A program made the position numbers and the translations under genes. This document shows, piece by piece, positions 63,581-64,000 of a stretch of 64,000 nt of DNA. Location of the stretch: NCBI RefSeq assembly GCF_964213995.1, contig NC_135813.1, positions 60,016,001 to 60,080,000 on the forward strand. The letters run 5' to 3'. The notes under the pieces were generated by a model. The model did no database searches and was not told the origin of the DNA. It worked only from the letters and a program-made list of their open reading frames with translations. Position 1 is the stretch's first letter; every line of letters begins with the position of its first letter. Source of the DNA: Mustelus asterias (taxonomy: Eukaryota).

Positions 63581-64000
63581 CCTTCTCCAATGGAATTATT
63601 GCTACACTGAATATCCCGGATTTGATTTGAACTGAGGTTCAACCCGGAATTTTGATTTAAACAGACAGTGCAGGATGATTGGCCGCTCATGAGGAAACTC
63701 TTTCTATTGGACATTGTTTAATTGTACAGCACCCAAAGAAAAACTTTGAATTCACACGGCCCCTGTAAGTAAGGCTTGTATACTTCTCTGTCGAAGCGAA
63801 TGCTGGGTTGCAAGTAAAATAGCGAATCACTTACTGGTCTTCTCTGTAATGAATGAAACATTAACAAGTTTTACTACAGCGCAGAATCTTTTTAAAACTA
63901 ACATTGTGTGAACATGTGATCAGTGACATTAAATTTTATCATTGTGCTCCAACAATTCACATTGCCAGATTGCCCTTTGTATTGAGCATGCGCCCCACAG

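Overview
Repeat-rich vertebrate genomic DNA, almost certainly from a shark (elasmobranch): it carries HE1-type V-SINEs, CR1/L2 LINEs and a germline-joined lambda-type (type II) immunoglobulin light chain. Protein-coding content: (1) a complete three-exon Hes5-like gene on the minus strand (9396-10124; 169 aa; bHLH, Orange, WRPW), flanked by non-repetitive blocks rich in CSL/RBPJ sites, three of which are an identical E-box/CSL overlap (ACACGTGGGAAA); (2) an intact-looking lambda-type constant exon (42843-43165) that retains paralogous J-C intron sequence but has no visible V-J upstream, i.e. an orphan C; (3) the 5' half of a second cluster: octamer promoter, leader exon and in-frame pre-joined VJ exon (62175-62708), whose C exon would lie beyond the window. 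The rest is mostly nested retroelements, Penelope-like fragments with minimal hammerhead ribozyme motifs (several as inverted repeats with target-site duplications), a doubled Tx1-like 3' end, a probable solo LTR, a Harbinger transposase relic and local duplications. All family assignments are by eye from recalled motifs; no database search was run, and repeat boundaries are approximate unless a TSD is given.
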